A DNA stretch of 64,000 nucleotides from contig CM059433.1 in NCBI GenBank assembly GCA_030390025.1, forward strand, positions 3,844,001 through 3,908,000, given 5' to 3'. Made by a program: the position numbers and the translations under genes. How positions within the stretch are numbered: position 1 is the stretch's first letter; every line of letters begins with the position of its first letter. Shown here in pieces: positions 43,236-56,204 of this stretch. Source of the DNA: Squalus acanthias (Eukaryota). The notes beneath the pieces were generated by a model, which saw nothing but the letters and a program-made list of their open reading frames with translations, was not told the DNA's origin and did no database searches.

Positions 43236-46200
43236 GCCAAAATTGGGAGAGCTGTCCCACAGACCAGTCAAGCAACAGTCTAACAGTCATACTCACAGAA
43301 TCATACCTTTCAGCCAATGTCCCAAACTCCTCCATCACCATCCCTGGGTATGGCCTGTCCCACCGGCAGGACAGACCCACCAGGGGTGGCGGCACAGTGG
43401 TATACAGTCGGGACGGAGTGGCCCTGGGAGTCCTCAACATCCTCAATGATGGTGGAGCCCAGCACGTGAGTGCAAAAGACAAGGCTGAAGCGTTTACAAC
43501 CATCTTCAGCCAGAAGTGCCGAGTGAATGATACATATCGGCCTCCTCCTGAGGTCCCCACCACCACAGAAGCCAGTCTTCAGCCAATTCGATTCACTCCA
43601 CGTGATATCAAGAAACGGCTGAGCGCACTAAATACAGCAAAGGCTATGGGCCTCGACAACATCCCGGCTATCATGCTGAAGACTTGTGCTCTAGAACATG
43701 CTGTGCCTCTAGCCAAGCTGTTCCAGTACAGCTACAACACTGGCATTTATCCGACAATGTGGAAAACTGCACAGGTATGTCCTGTCCACAAAAAGCAGGA
43801 CAAATCCAACCCGGCCCAATTACCACCCCATCAGTCTACTCTCAATCATCAGCAAAGTGATGGAAGGTGTCGTCAGCAGTGCTATCAAGCAGCACTTACT
43901 CACCAATAACCTGCTCACTGATGCCCAGTTTGGGTTCTGCCAGGACCACTCGGCTCCAGATCTCATTACAGCCTTGGTCCAAACATGGACAAAAGAGCTG
44001 AATTCCAGAGATGAGGTGAGAGTGACTGCCCTTGACATCAAGGCAGCATTTGACCGAGTGTGTCATCAAGGAGCCCTAGTAAAACTGAAGTCAATGGGAA
44101 TCGGGGCGGGGAAACTCTCCACTGGCTGGAGTCATACCCAGCACAAAGGAAGATGGTTGCTGTTGTTGGAGGTCAATCATCACAGCCCCAAGTCATCGCT
44201 GCAGGAGTTCCTCAGGGCAGTGTCCTAGACCCAACCATCTTCAGCTGCTTCATCAATGACCTTCGCTCCATCATAAGGTCAGAGGTAGGGATCTTCGCTG
44301 ATGACTGCACAGTGTACAGCGCCATTCTCAACTCCTCAGTTAATGAAGTAGTCCATACCCGCATGCAGCAGGACCTGAACATTCAGGCTTGGGCTGATAA
44401 GTGGCAGGTAACATTCACACCACACAAGTGCCAGACAATGACTATCTCCAACAAGTGAGCATCTAACCACTGCTCCTCGGCATTTAACAGCATTACCATC
44501 GCCGAATCCCCCACCATCAACATCCTGGGGGTCACCATTAACCAGAAACTTAACTGGACCAGCCATATATATACTGTGGCATCAAGCATAGGTCAGAGGC
44601 TGCGGCGAGTGTATCACCTCCTGACTCCCCTTGAAGGCATATTTACTAGTCCTAGCCCCTTTTGGGCTACCCCGGATCAGGCGTATTCCCCAGACATTCA
44701 CTTTCAACTAAAGTTTGAGGTAGCTGAATCCTAAAGTCACTTAATTGGGTCTAAAGGTCCAGACTATCTCTCCCTAAAGGAAAGGAACAACCCGAAGATG
44801 TTACCGTCCTCCAGATAGCACTTTTAATAAGTTTAGCTAGACTGTAACGTTCCGGATATTATGAGGGTCTGGAAAACTCCCCCAGAATTCTGCAATTCCT
44901 CACCAAGGAGCGTACAGAGATTGAGTTCGCGAGTTTGATACAGAAGTAATATGTGAGATAATTCTAAAAATATATAGATTTATTAAAGAACCGACATGTA
45001 ATTTACAGCTGGTGATTCAATCGCAACATTAACAGTTCCAAAAGCAGAGTAAGCTTTTACAATCTTATTATCAGAGATCCTTATTCTCAAATCTTAACTT
45101 CGCTACATTTTTACATTTCTTAGTCTTATTCCAGGATGTCCACCAAAATCAAATACAAATACCTTGATCCCCGAGATACAAAATTGTAGACTTACAGAGC
45201 TTGCCTCTGAAGCCAAGAATCGCTTTAGCCCTTTACAGCGAATCTATCTTCCCATTTGAAAGTTCAATTTTTATACCCTTTCTCAGTGGTATATCCTTTG
45301 AAGTTTTCTGCTGATGTAAGCTAATTATCTCTAGTCATTTTTCTGCTGACTTCTTCTCTTCTTATAGTCAGTTCAGATGGTAGCAAGCAGACTCGTGTCT
45401 CTCCTTTAGGTGTTCAAAGCTTATCATAAAAAACGGTGTGGAGCAGGTCTATCTATTTGATGTCATTCTTACCAAAGTCTTCTGTTTGTATCTTTTACAT
45501 TGAGAACACCTCAACCAGGTGCACCATTGTCTTCTTAGTTACCTCAGCTGGTTGCAACACAGACTCGTGTCTCCTGTCTTTCATTTGATGTCATTTTTAC
45601 GAAGGCATATGTTTCTTCTTCTTTTATGTGGTTGTTTACAAAGTGTACTTTAAAACACCTTAACTGGGTGTACCATTGTGCTCTTTCCAAAGTTTCAAAC
45701 TTTCAGGAACCTCCAACCTCCTGTTTCAATAAGGCTATTGATTCAGTGTCAACAACTTATTTTATCTCAATAGCCTGTAAGCTGTTTACAGCTTTTCCAT
45801 TGTTGAGGCTTTTAGATTTCCAAACCCAGTTTGTCATGTTTTAATAAGGCTTGAATTATTTCATAGAATGGTGTATTTTTCTGAATATGGCTTATTCCTT
45901 CACACCCTAAGCCTTTCCACCATCTACAAGGCACAAGTCAGGAGTATGATGGAATACTCTCCACTTGCCTGGATGAGTGCAGCTCCAACAACACTCAAGA
46001 AGCTCAACACCATCCAGGACAAAGCAGCCGCTTGATTGGCACCCCATCCACCACCTTAAACATTCACTCTCTCCACCACCGGCGTACCGTGGCTGCAGTG
46101 TGTACCATCTACAAGATACACTGTAGCAACTCGCCAAGGCTTCTTCAGCAGCACCTCCCAAACCCACGACCTCTTCCACCTAGAAGGACAAGGGCAGCAG

Positions 46201-46463
46201 GCGCATGGGAACACCACCACCTCCAAGTTCACCTCCAAGTCACACACCATCCTTACTTGGAAGTATATCGGCCGATCCTTCATTGTCGCTGGGTCAAAAT
46301 CCTGGCACTCCCTCCCTAACAGCACTGTGGGAGCACCTTCACCACACAGACTGCAGCAGTTCAAGAAGGCGGCTCATCACCACCTTCTCAAGGACAACTA
46401 GGGATGGGCAATAAATGCTGGGCCTTGCCAGCGACGCCCACATCCTATAAACGAATAAAAAAA
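43236..46463 (+). mobile_element. CR1-group LINE, second family; decayed ORF2 with an internal deletion; hosts a solo LTR
   Basis: APE remnant followed by RT motifs ALDIKAAFDRV, GVPQGSVL, FADD; 7-bp TSD CAATATT (43229-43235, 46464-46470); deletion junction at the TCCTCAA microhomology near 43432-43447. Confidence 0.9.
44632..45904 (-). mobile_element. Solo LTR, 1273 bp
   Basis: TGAAGGCATA...TATTCCTTCACA termini; 4-bp TSD CCCT (44628-44631, 45905-45908); minus-strand TATAAAA near 45270 and AATAAA near 44980; host LINE resumes exactly. Confidence 0.85.
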
Positions 46464-46812
46464 CAATATTAGACAGGCTGTCAAACCAGCGTTCCATCCG
46501 ATCCTGTGGGATTCCCGCCCGGCAAGTTAGGTTAAAATGACCCCTATTGTCGCGGGACGGGGGAGTGGGACTTGCTGAGATGCTCTTGCAGAGAGCCGGC
46601 ACGGGCTCAACGGGCCCAATGGCCTCCTTCTGTGCTGTAACCATTCTATGATTCTCGGATTCTATGATTGTGTTTGCTGTCTCCAGGAAGACTGCCAGCA
46701 GTCAGGAAAACCCAGTTAGAAAAAGGGGCTTCCCGTCTTAAAAGAATCTGCTATGTTTATCTTCGTTTAGCTGTTCGCTACATGAGACCCATCCAATGGG
46801 AGCTGGCAGCTG

Positions 46813-47272
46813 AAAAAGAAAAAAGAAAGACTTGCATTTATATAGCGCCTTTCACAACCACCGGACGTCTCAAAGGGCTTTACAGACATTGAAGCACTTT
46901 TTGAAGTGTAGTCACTGTTGTAATGTGGGAAACGCGGCAGCCAATTTGCGCACAGCAAGCTCCCACAATCAGCAATGTGATAATGGCCAGAGAATTTGTT
47001 TTTAATTTTGTTGATTGAGAGATAAATATTGGCCCCAGGACACTACCCCTTCTGTTCTTCAGAATAGTGCCAGGGGATCTTTTACATCCACCTGAGAGAG
47101 CAGACGGGGCCTCGGTTTAACGGCTCATTGAAAGACGGCACCTCCGACAGTGCAGCACTCCCCTGGGAGTGTCAGCCTGGCTTTATGTGCTCGAGTCCCT
47201 GGAGTGGGGACTTGAACCCACAACCTTCTGACTCAGAGGTGAGTGTGCTGCCCACTGAGCCACAGCTGACAC
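46813..47272 (-). mobile_element. Deu-domain tRNA-derived SINE, full length
   Basis: Reverse complement of the 41685-42155 family. Confidence 0.9.
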
Positions 47273-47362
47273 TTGAAGGACAGTATAAAAGCAGCTTTAG
47301 GTATAAGGGATACCTCGAAGGTTATATTCAAAGCCAGACTTTAAAAATTTGAGAAGAAGGCT

Positions 47363-47428
47363 ATTCCCTCCCTCTTTTGTGCCGACTCAGTGAGATCTCA
47401 CTGAGTTGGCACAAAAGAGGGAGGGAAT
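47363..47428. repeat. 66-bp palindrome with no spacer
   Basis: 33-bp arms with a single mismatch (G.T). Confidence 0.95.
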
Positions 47429-47610
47429 TCAGCCACAGCATAAAATCAAGCGCAAGTCACTTCAGCACGAATTCTTTGATCTTTTGCACCGGAAATCGGC
47501 ATGACATCGTTGTTTTGGTTCAAGGTCTCAGAGAATTGCAGGCCTCTGACTCAAATTAGCATGGGTTCAGGGCTTCCTTGGAAAAAGCTGTGCTGGAGAC
47601 CAAAGACCCA

Positions 47611-48132
47611 TTCTTCTCAGGCAGTCCCTCGGAACCGAGGATGACTTCCACACTAAAAATGAGTTCTCAGGTGACTGATGAGTCCAATGCGGGACCTACA
47701 GTCTCTGTCACAGGTGGTGCAGACGGCGGTTGAAGGGGCGGGTGGGTGGGGTGCTTGGGTTGACGTGCGCTCCTTCCGCTGTTTGCGCTTGGCTTCCGCT
47801 TGCTCCTGGCGAAGAGACTCGAGGTGTTCGGCACCTTCCCGGATGCTTCTCCTCCACTTTGTGCGGTCTTGGGCCAGGGATTCCCAGGTGTCGGTGGGGA
47901 TGTTGCACTTTTTCAAGGAGGCTTTGAGGGTGTCCTTGAAGCGTTTCCTCTGCCCACCTGGGGCTCTCTTGCCGTGTCGGAGCTCCGAGTAGAGCGCTTG
48001 CTTTGGGAGTCTCATATCGGGCATGCGGACGATATGGCCCGTCCATCGGAGCTGATCGAGTGTGGTCAAAGCTTCGATGCTGGGGATGTTGGCCTGAGCG
48101 AGAACACTGACGTTGGTGCGCCTATCCTGCCG
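47611..48132 (-). mobile_element. RTE-clade LINE 3' fragment
   Basis: QLRWTGHIVRMPDMRLPKQALYSEL...GGQRKRFKD...DRTKWR and a C-terminal CxxC...HxxxH finger (ORF 47653..48174); short 3' UTR with a GAA tail. Confidence 0.9.
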
Positions 48133-48996
48133 ATAGATTAGAGAAGCAGTGGCAACAATATAATGGAAAATCATTTGTGGTAATGCACTGGACTAATCTG
48201 TGCACCACTGAAATCAACCATACCCAGGCAGCAAAGCTATGGGAGTTGCTGCAATTACAACTAAATCTAAATTTAAAAAAAAACAGCAGTTGGAACTCAT
48301 GTCCTGGGGTACTTAACAGCATCAGATTTTCTACTGTTTTTTTTTGTGCCTTGTTCTGTATCCGGACAGGAAAGGTCCCTTTAAGTTTAAGGTCTCCTGC
48401 TTGACTGTTTATCCCCCCCCCCCCCCATTCAGTCATAATTCTGGCATCAAGTCCAGACCATGCTGGAAATGAATGCCAATGATGCTATTAATATTAATGC
48501 AGTGACATGACCCCTCGCTCAGTGCTACCAAACAAAAAGTGAATTTTTGTCCGATGTCACACGGAACTGCTTTGTCCCATTAGCATTGCTGACGCAGATA
48601 AAATCTAGTCCATTGCATTGAGTTGACCTTCCATCAATACTTAACCGTGGCCTCGCAGCAATTACTTCCTGTCCTAAATACAAACTTTTGATATTTTTTT
48701 AATAGATGCACTGAGCCATTGTCAAAGTAAAATATAAGAGCTGCATAATTAAAAAGAAGCATATTTTGCTCTGTATGTAACGCTGAAGTCAATTTTTTTT
48801 TTACTTAAACTGGGGGGGTTCATCATGGCAGATTTTTATCTTAATAAAGAAACTTTATACAGAACTCCCGAGTTTTCTATTGCTTAAACTGACTTTAACT
48901 CAGCGGCAAATTATCCCTAATAATTTTAACTCGTGATTGTAAGAGAGATGAAGGGATTCAAAATGAATGTAAAATAATTATTTTTCAGCAAGTAAA

Positions 48997-49723
48997 GGGG
49001 TCGATATTAACAAACCCCCCCCCCCCCCAGGAGAGAGTCGGCGAGGGGTTAAAAAAATTTAATTGCGAAACGTGACCACAACCCGCCACGTACACGCCTG
49101 CCACCATTTTTACAGCGCTGGTTTGCGTGGCATGTCCCGTGACCCGTTTTGGAGAGGCGGGGCGCTTCATTATAATATTTAAATCAGACTCCCAAAGTGC
49201 AGTTGCCGGACGGGGTTTCCCAGGGCTCGGGAAACCCGGCAGCTTAAATGGAGACGGGAGCTGCTGGCTGCAGAAGGTAAGTGCTTTTTATAGCGCTGCT
49301 CCTCCGCCAGGAGGGACAGGCGTGCTCCCCACACCGGCCCCTCAAACAAACCTTCTGACGATTGCATCCTCTTCTCTGCCCCACATTCGGCCGCCCCTTG
49401 CCTCCCCACCCCCCCCACCCCGCTCCAAAACCATAATCCCAAGCCTTCTGCACCACAATCTTTACCTAGCTCCCGATTGCCAGGGACCAACTCCTCCCCC
49501 TTCAACCTGCAATCTTTCCCAATTGCCAGGGACCGTCGCCAACGCCCCCCGGCTGTGGCCTTATACCGTCGGTATTTCCTGCCGGTCAGTCTATCAATCG
49601 GCCCTGCTGCCGGGTGGGAAATGGAACAAAAATGTGTTCCCGACATTTCCAGTTTCCCCCCTCCGCCCCCACCACTACCGCGCTCCCCCGTTCCCTCCCC
49701 GCCTCCCTGTATATATCGGGGCC
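48997..49723 (+). mobile_element. Harbinger-type MITE
   Basis: Imperfect TIRs GGGGTCGATAT and ATATCGGGGCC; AAA on both sides; shared GGGTTTCCC..GGGAAACCCGGCAG block. Confidence 0.65.
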
Positions 49724-50544
49724 AAAGAATATGAGAGAACCACTCCTACCTGGGTCTCAGGTTAGGGATTACAGCTGCTGCAAGTTGCACAGTGTAAACA
49801 GCAGAAGTCATTTTTCTCCATTACTTTGAATTAAAAATGTCCACCTCCTGCTACTAATTTTAATTTGTCTGCTAAGTAAAATTAAATTGCATATAAAACA
49901 GAAAATGTTGGAAACACACAGCAGTCTACTCAAAATCCAAAAGAGAAAGATAGGTTAATGTTTCAGACACTAATTGACCTACTCTACATTTTCAGCACTT
50001 TTTTTTAAGATTCCCGGTGCATGAGTTTTCAAAACTAGGCCTGGGCAAGATTCGAACTTACATTTCTGACCTGTTACACTGTACAATACTGTGCAGGGGT
50101 CAAATTGTAGTTTTGCAGTGGTCCCACAAGTTTGGTTTAGCAAGAGGGTACAGTTTCCATGCTCGTGGGAATTAATTGAGTTCACAGCAATGTGGTCTGA
50201 ACTGGATTTAATCTCCCATTGTTTGGGCTATTTGGTGAAGCTGTACCCATTTACAGAGAGTAGCACTGGCAGCAGCAGTGCGTAGAGTCCCTGTCCAGAC
50301 TCAATTCAGATGAAGTGCTACTTTTAAAGTGTCCTGTCTCAAGAATAACTCTTGTAGAATGAGTGACTTAACTGGGGTTTACTACACGCTCATTAAGACC
50401 TGTTAAGACTTGGTTAATCACCTCAAAAATGAAAATTAAATTGGAGCCATTTTACATGTAAGTTAACACAACATTTATCAATCTTGGGATATACAGGCTA
50501 GAAATAATTGTCTCCACAGTTAAAATATGATTTGATAGATTACA

Positions 50545-51002
50545 GATCAGGAGGCGATGGAATACACTCCCTGGCTGGGTGCAATCATAACAAAACTCCA
50601 TCTTGGACAAGGCAATCTGTTCTGATCATCATCCCTTCCACCGTTGAAACTCTGCAGCTGCAGTATGTGCTGTACGATTCACTGCAGCGACCTGCAGAGC
50701 TACTTTGAAAACACCTCCCAGTCCTGCCACCTCTACCATCAAAAAGGACAGAAGCAGCAACATCATGAGGACACTGTCACCTCCAAGTCGTACATCATCC
50801 TGGCTTGGACACGCATCGCCATTCTTCCATCGCTGCTGGGTCAAAATCCTGGATATCCCGACCCAACACCCATTGTCAAAGGACCATCACCACGAGCACC
50901 GCTGTAGTTTAAGGAGGAGGGGACCCACCACCACCTTCTCAAGGCAACTCGGGAGAGGTAATAAACCCCGCCTTGCCCACATCATCCTGAAAACAAATAA
51001 CA
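50545..51002 (+). mobile_element. Old diverged copy of the second CR1-group LINE 3' end
   Basis: Aligns by eye to 45930-46460 (CTTCCATCGCTGCTGGGTCAAAATCCTGG, CACCACCTTCTCAAGG). Confidence 0.7.
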
Positions 51003-53308
51003 AAAACATCAGGGGACGAATTGCTGTGGTGGTTTTGTGCACAGGGACCAGAGCAATGCTTTCTCCAGCGTATTTTAAATGTGATTTCAAGCATCATGCA
51101 TTTAGGGAAAGTGGTTTTTTTTAAATGCATCATTTTAAACAGTTAAGTGTCTAATGCTGCTCGCCTATGGTCTGTTTTGAGTAACTACTGGTGCTGCACT
51201 TAATGGTTGATATAAAGCCCTCTGGTTTTTAAACTTTGAAAGATCCAGTGCTCCACAGTTGGATTATTCTGTATGCTCGTTCAAAGCTTTCTTCCCAGTG
51301 ACTTCCTTTATGATGGTATTAAAGATTTCAAAGGAATGAGGTTCCTGTGACCTTCCTGCTTCATCTCCGACATGATTGGCAGGAGCCAAGGAGCAAATGA
51401 CAACAGTCGGGAGTGAAAGTACATAAACCACCTGTTCCCTCTGCTGGCCTTTGCTGCAGGAGTGTTGGGATCTGTATAACTTCTGGGGCTGGGAAATTTT
51501 ATTTTTAAATCCTTCTTTCGTTCCTACATACCTATGGAAAAATAATTTTTACACTTATCTCGGCTGTTAATGTGCCACACGTTTTCTTCTTACCCCTACA
51601 TATTTTATGGCCCTAACGAGTGTGCACAGTCTTCCTTTTATCGGAGCTGCTAAGGTTGTTCCAATCACTGCCACATTCTGCTGAAGCACAACACCATTGG
51701 CGGGTGAGCTGTAATGTGTCAGTCACAGTGTGTGATGTTCTGCCAGTACAGCCTAACTGGCAGTACAGCTCAAACATACATTGCCATCATTAAATGTTTA
51801 ATTCTGTCAGTATTCATACGTCGAAATCTCCATTTATAAATATTTCATCGTAATTACTTAATCAGTTGGTGTCCCCTTTTTAAAAAAAAAATATACTTGC
51901 GATAACCAAACAATATATGCATGTAGCAATGGCCTGAGACGCATGTCTGCTTAAACTTGCTGCTCTGAGCATGGTGATGTGTTGTGGGAAGAATGTCTGG
52001 TCAAACCAGCCCCCGCTCAGTGGCTCTGCTGTGAACCAACGGCACATTCCTATATATGGCAATCTCCCCCCCGCACCAATTCCCCATCAGCTGTTATTGA
52101 TTCAGTTGGTGGCAGTGGTTGGAAGCATTTGCTTCACTTCTCACAATAAGGGCAGCCCCGGAATGCTGCTGACTAGCATCGCCTGGACACTCACGATGTT
52201 CAATTATTCTCTGAGTAAATATTCTTACCAAACTACCTCCAGTAGGGCGCTCGCGTGGTTGTGCCTGATCTATTCTCCAATTTTCGGTGGCAATCATTAA
52301 AACAGGAACGCCTTCTGTGAGTTGCGGTGGTCGTGATAACTGTTGCATGAAGGAGGTTTTTTTTAATATATATATATATATTTGAATTTTTGAACCCTTC
52401 ATTTTATTTTATCACCCTCCTTTCATTTGGTTGTTTATCTCTTTTTACCCCAACTTCCTCCAGCTGCCTCTCCCCTCCCCCCTCAATATAACACATCTTT
52501 TACTGTCAATATTTGCCACCAGGTCTCACCCCATAACACTGTGACCAGAGACCGAGCGTTTCCTGGAGTCACTCATTCTGTTTTTTATTACTGAAGTTCA
52601 GATTCACTTTCTTTTCTTTTTACTCCCTTGTGTTTCCTGCAATACACCAGGCAGAATCGGGCCCCATTTGGTGGCAATAATGAGGGAGGTGGGGGGGTGA
52701 AAATCAGACAGGGACCCATATCACTGAATCGCCGACCATTTTAAAGCCAGGAGTATTTTCCACCAGAAGCGATGGCAGCCCCTGGAAGCACCAATGGACA
52801 CACATACTCAAACTAAGCGACAATGATCATACATCACATTTCCCGTTACCATTACCCAAGCAGCAATGGATTCCAAACATGCCTGTAGGCAACGGGCGCC
52901 CAGCACTGCGAGAGCCAGAACAGGCCATTTCGGAATTCAAAGGAGTAGCGCAGGGAGTATAATTGAGCTATCGATGCGCTCTCTTCCCTCACCGGCAGAC
53001 TTTGCCAGGACGTTCAGAGGCCGCAGGTGGCATCGCAGTCCTGCAGCAGCAGCAGCAGCGGTTTTTGCGGCCTCCTCGTTGAAGGTTCCCCAGCGTGAGC
53101 GGACATCCTGCTCGAAGCCCAGCAATAAACACTTACATCAGGCTGATCCCAAGGGAATTTGCTGGGTCAGTGGCACGGCAGTTGGGCAAGCGCAAAGCCC
53201 GCTCTGCCAAATGAACACTGGCATTCCACAGGAGTCGAGGCTACCATATCGAGCCAAATGTGAGAAGTCGCACAACACCAGGTTATAGTCCAACAGCTTT
53301 ATTTGAAA

Positions 53309-53345
53309 TCACAAGCTTTCGGAGCGCTGCTCCTTCGTCAGGTGA
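53309..53345 (-). ncRNA. Minimal hammerhead ribozyme motif
   Basis: TCAC-CTGACGA-A-GGAGC(AGC)GCTCC-GAAA-GC-TT-GTGA on the minus strand. Confidence 0.7.
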
Positions 53346-53480
53346 AGTGAAGAGATGCATATAGGCACAGCATATATAGTCAGAGAACACTGCCAGATGA
53401 TTACAGTTAATCTTTCTAACTGCCCTTTATCACACCTCAGCAGAGAGACAATCACGGCAATCAAAGGTATGGATGGTGTC

Positions 53481-53515
53481 CACCTGACGAAGGAGCAGCG
53501 CTCCGAAAGCTTGTG
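53481..53515 (+). ncRNA. Minimal hammerhead ribozyme motif
   Basis: CAC-CTGACGA-A-GGAGC(AGC)GCTCC-GAAA-GC-TT-GTG; palindromic AAGCTT in place of stem III. Confidence 0.7.
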
Positions 53516-54917
53516 ATTTCAAATAAAGCTGTTGGACTATAACCTGGTGTTGTGCGACTTCTCACATTTGTCCACCCCAGTCCAACACCGGCATCTCCAC
53601 ATCATATCTAGCCAACATGGCAATGCGGACAACTTCTCCCAGGCCTATGCTACTGCTGCTGTAAAACTGAGTTTGAGGAGCTGCAAGAGAGTTGGTATGA
53701 GATGGTGCTCACTCTGATTTATTTTCTTCCTCTCTTCCAATAGAAAGGCCCCTATTGGCAGGGCTAAGATTGGTCATTTAGGGTTCAATGAAGGAGGGCG
53801 AGTGGTAATCCACATCCTAGGTCTTGTTTTTTTTATCTGCTTCCTGTCCTGTGCGACGGTGCCCAACTCTAGTCGGCCCCTCTCCTGATCACTCCTCAGG
53901 TAGTCGTCACCTTGAATCTGTATCGCTGGCTTCTTTCAAATGATGCACGAGGAAATTCAGCTTTCCGGCATTTCCAGTTAGTGCTTTAACTTCACCCGAG
54001 GAAACAGAGATCATAAAACTGAAGCTCTTTATTGTACACAGTAGGGGAAGGGAAGAACTGGAGAAGCTATCACAGTTTGAAAATAACCCTCGCTGCTAGC
54101 TTGACATTTAGCAATGGAAAAAAAAAACACAGTTAATTGTAGTGCTGATTTTTTAACGAGCTAGCCCACTTCTTTTCTCTTTCCTGAGAGAGTTGTGTCA
54201 AGATCATTTTACAAGGTGAAAGGTGCACCACTGAGATGTCGTACAGGAGGTTTTATTTTATGTTACGCTGGCCATAACCTTTACAGATAGAAGATACCTT
54301 CAAATCTTGTAAATAATATTCAGCAGGTGTTCGTAAGTCCCGATGATTGGACTAAAACTGTCAGGCTGTCCATTTCGCTCTTTCTTCAGATACTGAGGAC
54401 CAATTGTATGTTTCCAGTATCTTCCATTTTTATTGTTAATCCAAAACTTTTATTGTTAAATGAGTAATGCAAAACTTAAAGTTTGATAGTTGTATGTCAA
54501 AAAATCCCCTCACCTCCCGCCAGTTTATTAGCACCACATCAGGAATTTTAACAGGAAGGTGATTCAGTTCAGGATAATTTTTCACTTTTCTTCCTCCTCA
54601 ATATATAGTTTTCTCTGCTCCGCCCCAGAAACGGGTGTCTTTTGCTGCATTACAGCTCCATGGGGACTACAGCCTGCCAGTAAAATCACCCAAATCACCA
54701 GTCTTTATTACGTGAGCTGGACAGCGAGGTTCAGCAGGACATTTAACTACTGGGGCATCACATCCGATCTTTACCCACACATGCCTTTTGACAATGATTG
54801 TGTTGGAGGAAGTCACTTTGAAGAATAAAATGATGTTCTCTACAAATTTATTGGAAATGCCCTGAGTACTAGAATGTGAAATAAGAAAAAATATGAAGGG
54901 GAAAGTTATTGCTTATG

Positions 54918-55775
54918 GTTTACAAAACTCGGCTGCCCGTGTCCTAACTCTCACCAAGTCCCGTTCGCCCATCTCCCCTGTGCTCACTGACTTACATTGG
55001 CTGCGGTTAAGCATCGCCTCGATTTCAAAATTCACATCCTTGATTTCAAATCCCTCCATGGCTTCGCCCCTCCCTATCTCTGTAATCTCCTTCAGCCCCA
55101 CAACCCCCCGAGATATCTGCGCTCCTCTAATTCTGCCCTCTTGAGCATCCCTGATTATAACCGCAATTTCAGCCCTAACATCTCTTTTAACAGACTTAAC
55201 TTGCCTTTGTTACCTCTAGTCTTGACTATTCCAAAGCTCTCCTGGCCGGCCTCCCATCTTCCACCCTCCATAAAGTTAAGCTCATCCAAAACACTGCTAC
55301 ATGTATCCTAACTCTCACCAAGTCCCGTTCACCCATCACCCCTGTGCTCGCTGACCTACATTGGCTCCAGGTTAAGCAACGTCTCAATTTCAAATCCCTC
55401 CATGGCCTCGCCCCTCCCTATCTCTGTAATCTCCTCCAGCCCTACAACCGCCCGAGATATCTGCGCTCCTCCAATTCACGCCTCACGCACCCCCAATTTT
55501 AATCGTTCAACCATTGGTGGCCGTGTCTTCAGCTGCCTAGGCCCTAAGCTCTGGAATTCCCTCCCTAAACCTCTCCGCCTCGCTACCTCTCTTTCCTCCT
55601 TTAAGACGCTCCTTAAAACCTACCTCTTTGACCAAGCTTTTGGTCACCTGCCCTAATTTCTCCTTATGTGGCTCGGTGTCAAATTTGTTGTCTTAAAATA
55701 CTCCTGTGCAGCGCCTTGGGACGTTTTACTACGTTAAAAGGCGCTATATAAATACAAGTTGTTGTTGTTGTTGTT
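54918..55775 (+). mobile_element. Two tandem L2 3' fragments (54918-55160, 55203-55775) separated by a MITE end and a 26-bp leader
   Basis: LQNSAARVLT and PKLWNSLP peptides; (TTG)n tail at about 55758-55775. Confidence 0.85.
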
Positions 55776-56204
55776 TATGAACGAGAGGAAAATTTTCAGC
55801 CAAAGCATCAAGTGCCGAAAGATACTTTTGTAAGCTCTGTATTGCCATTGTTATATTGCAGGCACAGGTTTGAGGCCAGAAGCTGCTTACAGCACTACAG
55901 AATTAGCAGATCAGAGTTATACTCCCAGTAGAAATCTATTCATGTATGCAAGCACATGTGCACAAAGCTCCACTTGCTGGCGTCCAAATGACACTTACTT
56001 TTTTAATGGTAACAAATAGCTAATGTGATAGTTCTTGTTAACATTAAAATGGCTTCAAAATAATGTTTGAAGAAGTTTCCCAGCTGGTGCATTTTTTAAA
56101 TTTTCTTTCACAGCATTTTTCGGCAACTTGGAGCCGCTCCAATGTTGAAACCATGGAACTAGCTTCTTTGAGATGTTCTTGCAACACACATAAGAATATG
56201 ATCT

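Larger units (their letters stand above)
43123..46545. mobile_element. Small MITE (parts 43123-43235 and 46471-46545) split by a LINE
   Basis: TIRs GGGAGCAATTTTAACCTAA and TTAGGTTAAAATGACCCC. Confidence 0.7.
53258..53602 (+). mobile_element. Penelope-like (family B) inverted pseudo-LTR insertion
   Basis: Perfect 90-bp inverted repeat (53255-53344 and 53481-53570), 136-bp spacer, 32-bp one-sided tail; TSD CATATC(G/T)AGCCAA at 53245-53257 and 53603-53615. Confidence 0.85.
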
